DNA from: Tubiluchus corallicola | Taxonomy: Eukaryota; Animalia; Priapulida | NCBI GenBank assembly: GCA_030141605.1 | Contig: JAQGDQ010002475.1 | Coordinates: 1-22,641 of the forward strand | Direction of reading: 5' to 3' | DNA length: 22,641 nt | In this document: one piece after another, positions 20,498-22,641 of the stretch | Layout of the letters: each line of letters begins with the position of its first letter | Numbering within the stretch: the stretch's first letter is position 1 | Made by a program: the position numbers and the translations under genes | The notes under the pieces: generated by a model | Database searches by the model: none | What the model was told of the DNA's origin: nothing | The model's input: the letters and a program-made list of their open reading frames with translations, nothing else

Positions 20498-21556
20498 ATG
20501 AGCTATAGCCGTTTGCTTTTTTATTTATGTATTTCTTTTTTGATATTTTGGCTGCTGCATCTTCTCAGTGGTATTTTGATGCCTTTTGCGGTTGGTATTG
20601 TTGTGGCGTATTTTTTAAATCCGTCTGTTCGCTTACTTGAGAAGCATGGTTTTAATCGTACTTTTGCGACGGTTTTTGTTTCGGTGCTTTTTTTTATTAT
20701 TGTTATGGTGGGTTTTCTTTTGCTGTTTCCGTTGGCGTATCGGGAGATTATGTCGTTTATTTCTGATATTCCGTCTTATTTGGAAAGGGCGCAGATTTTT
20801 TTCGCGGAGAATTTTTCTTTTTTGTATGGTTTTTTTCTGGAGAAGGCAGAGACGGCGGCTTTGGTGGACTTATGGGAGAGCCATGGAACATCTGTTTTGA
20901 AAATCTCTTTTCAATTTTTGCAAAAAATATTCGTTCAGGGTTTGTCTTTTGCGAATCTCTTGTCGCTATTGCTGATTACACCGATTGTTGCTTTTTATCT
21001 TATGCGGGATTGGCCGTTGATTATCAGGCGTATTGATGCTTTATTGCCGTTGGATTACGCGGATGATATTCGTCGTGTTTCTTTTGATATTAATGAGAGG
21101 ATAGCGGGATTTATTCGGGGGCAGTTTTTAGTTTGTATTCTGCTGGGTTTATTTTATGGGATTTCGCTTTTTCTTTTTGGCCTGAATTTTGGTCTTCTTG
21201 TTGGTTTACTGGCGGGTGTTATTTCATTTATTCCTTATTTGGGGACAATTATCGGCTTTAGTGTTTCGGTTGGGATTGCGTTTTTTCAATATTCGAGTTG
21301 GCTGTCGATTTTTATTGTGGCGGGTATTTTTATTGCGGGTCAGATTTTAGAGACGGGTATTTTGTCGCCTCGTCTTTTGGGATCTCGGGTTGGTCTTCAT
21401 CCGGTTTGGATTATTTTTGGTTTACTGGCTGGTGGGTATTTGTTTGGGATTACGGGGATGTTGTTATCGATACCGGTTGCGGCGTCGATTGGTGTTTTGG
21501 TTCGTTTTTTTATAGAGCGTTATATGTCGAGTTCGTTTTACGATCCGTCTTTATAG
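20498..21556 (+). CDS. AI-2E family (PerM-like) transporter
   Basis: Polytopic; ILMPF...AYFLNP.V, P.VAFYL..DW, GFIRGQ, SFIPYLG, L.PRLLGSRVGLHPVW and G.LFG..G.LL.IPVAA. Adjacent to hdaA. Confidence 0.93.
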   Translation: MSYSRLLFYLCISFLIFWLLHLLSGILMPFAVGIVVAYFLNPSVRLLEKHGFNRTFATVFVSVLFFIIVMVGFLLLFPLAYREIMSFISDIPSYLERAQIFFAENFSFLYGFFLEKAETAALVDLWESHGTSVLKISFQFLQKIFVQGLSFANLLSLLLITPIVAFYLMRDWPLIIRRIDALLPLDYADDIRRVSFDINERIAGFIRGQFLVCILLGLFYGISLFLFGLNFGLLVGLLAGVISFIPYLGTIIGFSVSVGIAFFQYSSWLSIFIVAGIFIAGQILETGILSPRLLGSRVGLHPVWIIFGLLAGGYLFGITGMLLSIPVAASIGVLVRFFIERYMSSSFYDPSL

Positions 21557-22244
21557 GGGTCGTATTGATTGTTTCGAGTATTTCGCGCATGAAATGGATT
21601 GTGATTTGTTGTTTTCTTGCGAGGGATTTTTTATTGCTTTCTATGACGATTTCGCGTGCGGCTTTCATGGAGCGGGGCATTCGTTTTAAAAGAAAGTCGA
21701 TCACCTGCCGGGGTACGATGAGTTGTTGATCGCTGAATTGCTTTATAAGGACGGCTTTCAAGAGTGTATCGTCGGGGGATTTAATTCCGATACTAAGGGA
21801 GGAGGCCAGCCTGCTTTTGAGGTCTGGCAGGGGTATATTCCAATGTTTATGTGTGGAGTTTGCGGTTATAAGGACGTGTTTTCCGTGTTCTCGTGTCAGG
21901 TTGAGAAAGTGGAAGAAGTGGGCGGGATCTATTGTATCAAGAGCGGCATGAATATTATCGATAACAAAGCTGCTGTGGCGTTCCATCATAGGGATGGAAA
22001 GAAACGCCTCTGATTGTTCAGGGTTCCAGAAGGTGGCTTTACTTTTATTGGCGAAAAGGTGAGCGAGGTGTGTTTTTCCACATCCTTCTGGTCCATAGAC
22101 TGTTAGGAGATAAAAGGGCCATTCTGGCCATTGGTCGATGCAGTGGAATGCTTCGTAATTGGTTTCCGAGACAAAGAAATCTTGTCGTAAAAAGGAGATA
22201 TGATGGGGGAAGGGAAGAGGGAGTTGATCGATTGTTTTTTCCAC
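21510..22244 (-). CDS. hdaA: DnaA regulatory inactivator HdaA/Hda
   Basis: GTG start; N-terminal beta-clamp motif QLPLPF; F.VS..N..A; Walker A GPEGCGKTHL; LPDLKSRL; PDD.LL...L.K.F.D.Q. Confidence 0.92.
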   Translation of the reverse strand: MEKTIDQLPLPFPHHISFLRQDFFVSETNYEAFHCIDQWPEWPFYLLTVYGPEGCGKTHLAHLFANKSKATFWNPEQSEAFLSIPMMERHSSFVIDNIHAALDTIDPAHFFHFLNLTREHGKHVLITANSTHKHWNIPLPDLKSRLASSLSIGIKSPDDTLLKAVLIKQFSDQQLIVPRQVIDFLLKRMPRSMKAAREIVIESNKKSLARKQQITIHFMREILETINTTPIKTDRKTNSTYNAL

Positions 22245-22245
22245 A
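22237..22245 (+). promoter_or_regulatory. DnaA-box consensus overlapping the hdaA start codon
   Basis: TTTTCCACA fits TT(A/T)TNCACA. Confidence 0.4.
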
Positions 22246-22289
22246 ATTATGCCTGTGTATGTGTGTTTGTTTTTTGGGTGGATTTTCAG

Positions 22290-22355
22290 GGAGATTACGC
22301 TTTTGCGGCGTCATTCCCTCATCTCTCTTTAGCCTATAATTGAATGGAACGAATG
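22290..22355. repeat. ~65-bp imperfect direct repeat, copy 1
   Basis: ggagattacgcttttgcggcgtcattccctca...ctataattgaatggaacgaatg; matches 22571-22634. Confidence 0.88.
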
Positions 22356-22359
22356 TCAA
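22331..22359 (-). promoter_or_regulatory. Sigma70 promoter upstream of hdaA
   Basis: Minus strand TTGACA (22359-22354), N17, TAGGCT (22336-22331). Confidence 0.65.
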
Positions 22360-22503
22360 CAGGGGATTGCCTTTCGTTTCCGTAAAGCTTTCCTTATGCG
22401 GCTTTCATCTGGAGCTCTTGTTTGTTGGCGTTAAAAGGTTTGTGTAAAGGTGGCTCGGCTATTATTCGCGAGGGCTTTCGGGTATATGTTTTCCTTTAAG
22501 GAT

Positions 22504-22596
22504 TTATCTGAGAAAGAGGGCGGTCGCGATACTTTCGGCGCCGTTGAGCTCGATTTTCATGGAAGGGGGAGGAGTTTTCGCTTTTTGCGGCGTCAT
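22504..22596 (-). CDS. Putative 30-aa small ORF or gene remnant starting in repeat copy 2
   Basis: TAGAAT -10-like box, GAGG and ATG, giving MTPQKAKTPPPSMKIELNGAESIATALFLR*. Confidence 0.25.
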   Translation of the reverse strand: MTPQKAKTPPPSMKIELNGAESIATALFLR

Positions 22597-22634
22597 TTCC
22601 TCAGTTTTTATTCTATAGTTGAATGGAGCGAATG
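22571..22634. repeat. ~65-bp imperfect direct repeat, copy 2
   Basis: ggagttttcgctttttgcggcgtcatttcctca...ctatagttgaatggagcgaatg; offset about 282 bp from copy 1. Confidence 0.88.
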
Positions 22635-22641
22635 CTGGCGG

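Noticed and set aside
22245-22314. Frameshifted N-terminal extension of HdaA from ATG 22314
   Set aside because: The GTG start already places the QLPLPF clamp motif at the N-terminus as expected, so no slippage is needed.
22245-22641. Replication origin next to hdaA
   Set aside because: Only one full DnaA-box match, no AT-rich unwinding repeats, and no visible switch in G/T skew.

Overview
Bacterial chromosomal housekeeping region, most likely alphaproteobacterial (mdh-sucCD-sucAB-lpdA cluster, DUF3576-leuS-lptE-holA cluster, AI-2E/hdaA pair). The minus strand from 1 to 9813 carries tal, pyrB, mdh, sucC, sucD, sucA, sucB and the 5' end of lpdA. The plus strand from 10111 to 19184 carries a DUF3576 lipoprotein, leuS, lptE, holA, lepA, queA and tgt. 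Next come two orphan secreted proteins on the minus strand, a very basic Lys/His-rich protein and a Met-rich 22-aa-repeat protein, behind a consensus sigma54 promoter. An AI-2E/PerM transporter (+) follows, convergent with and overlapping hdaA (-). Upstream of hdaA is a duplicated promoter-RBS-start module. The + strand is G+T-rich wherever sampled, regardless of gene direction, which indicates strong replication-strand bias. I saw no rRNA, tRNA, CRISPR array or transposase. The best candidate for an undescribed system is the sigma54-preceded secreted pair (19309-20316); its function is inferred, not shown. All gene assignments come from motif recognition by eye; no searches were run.
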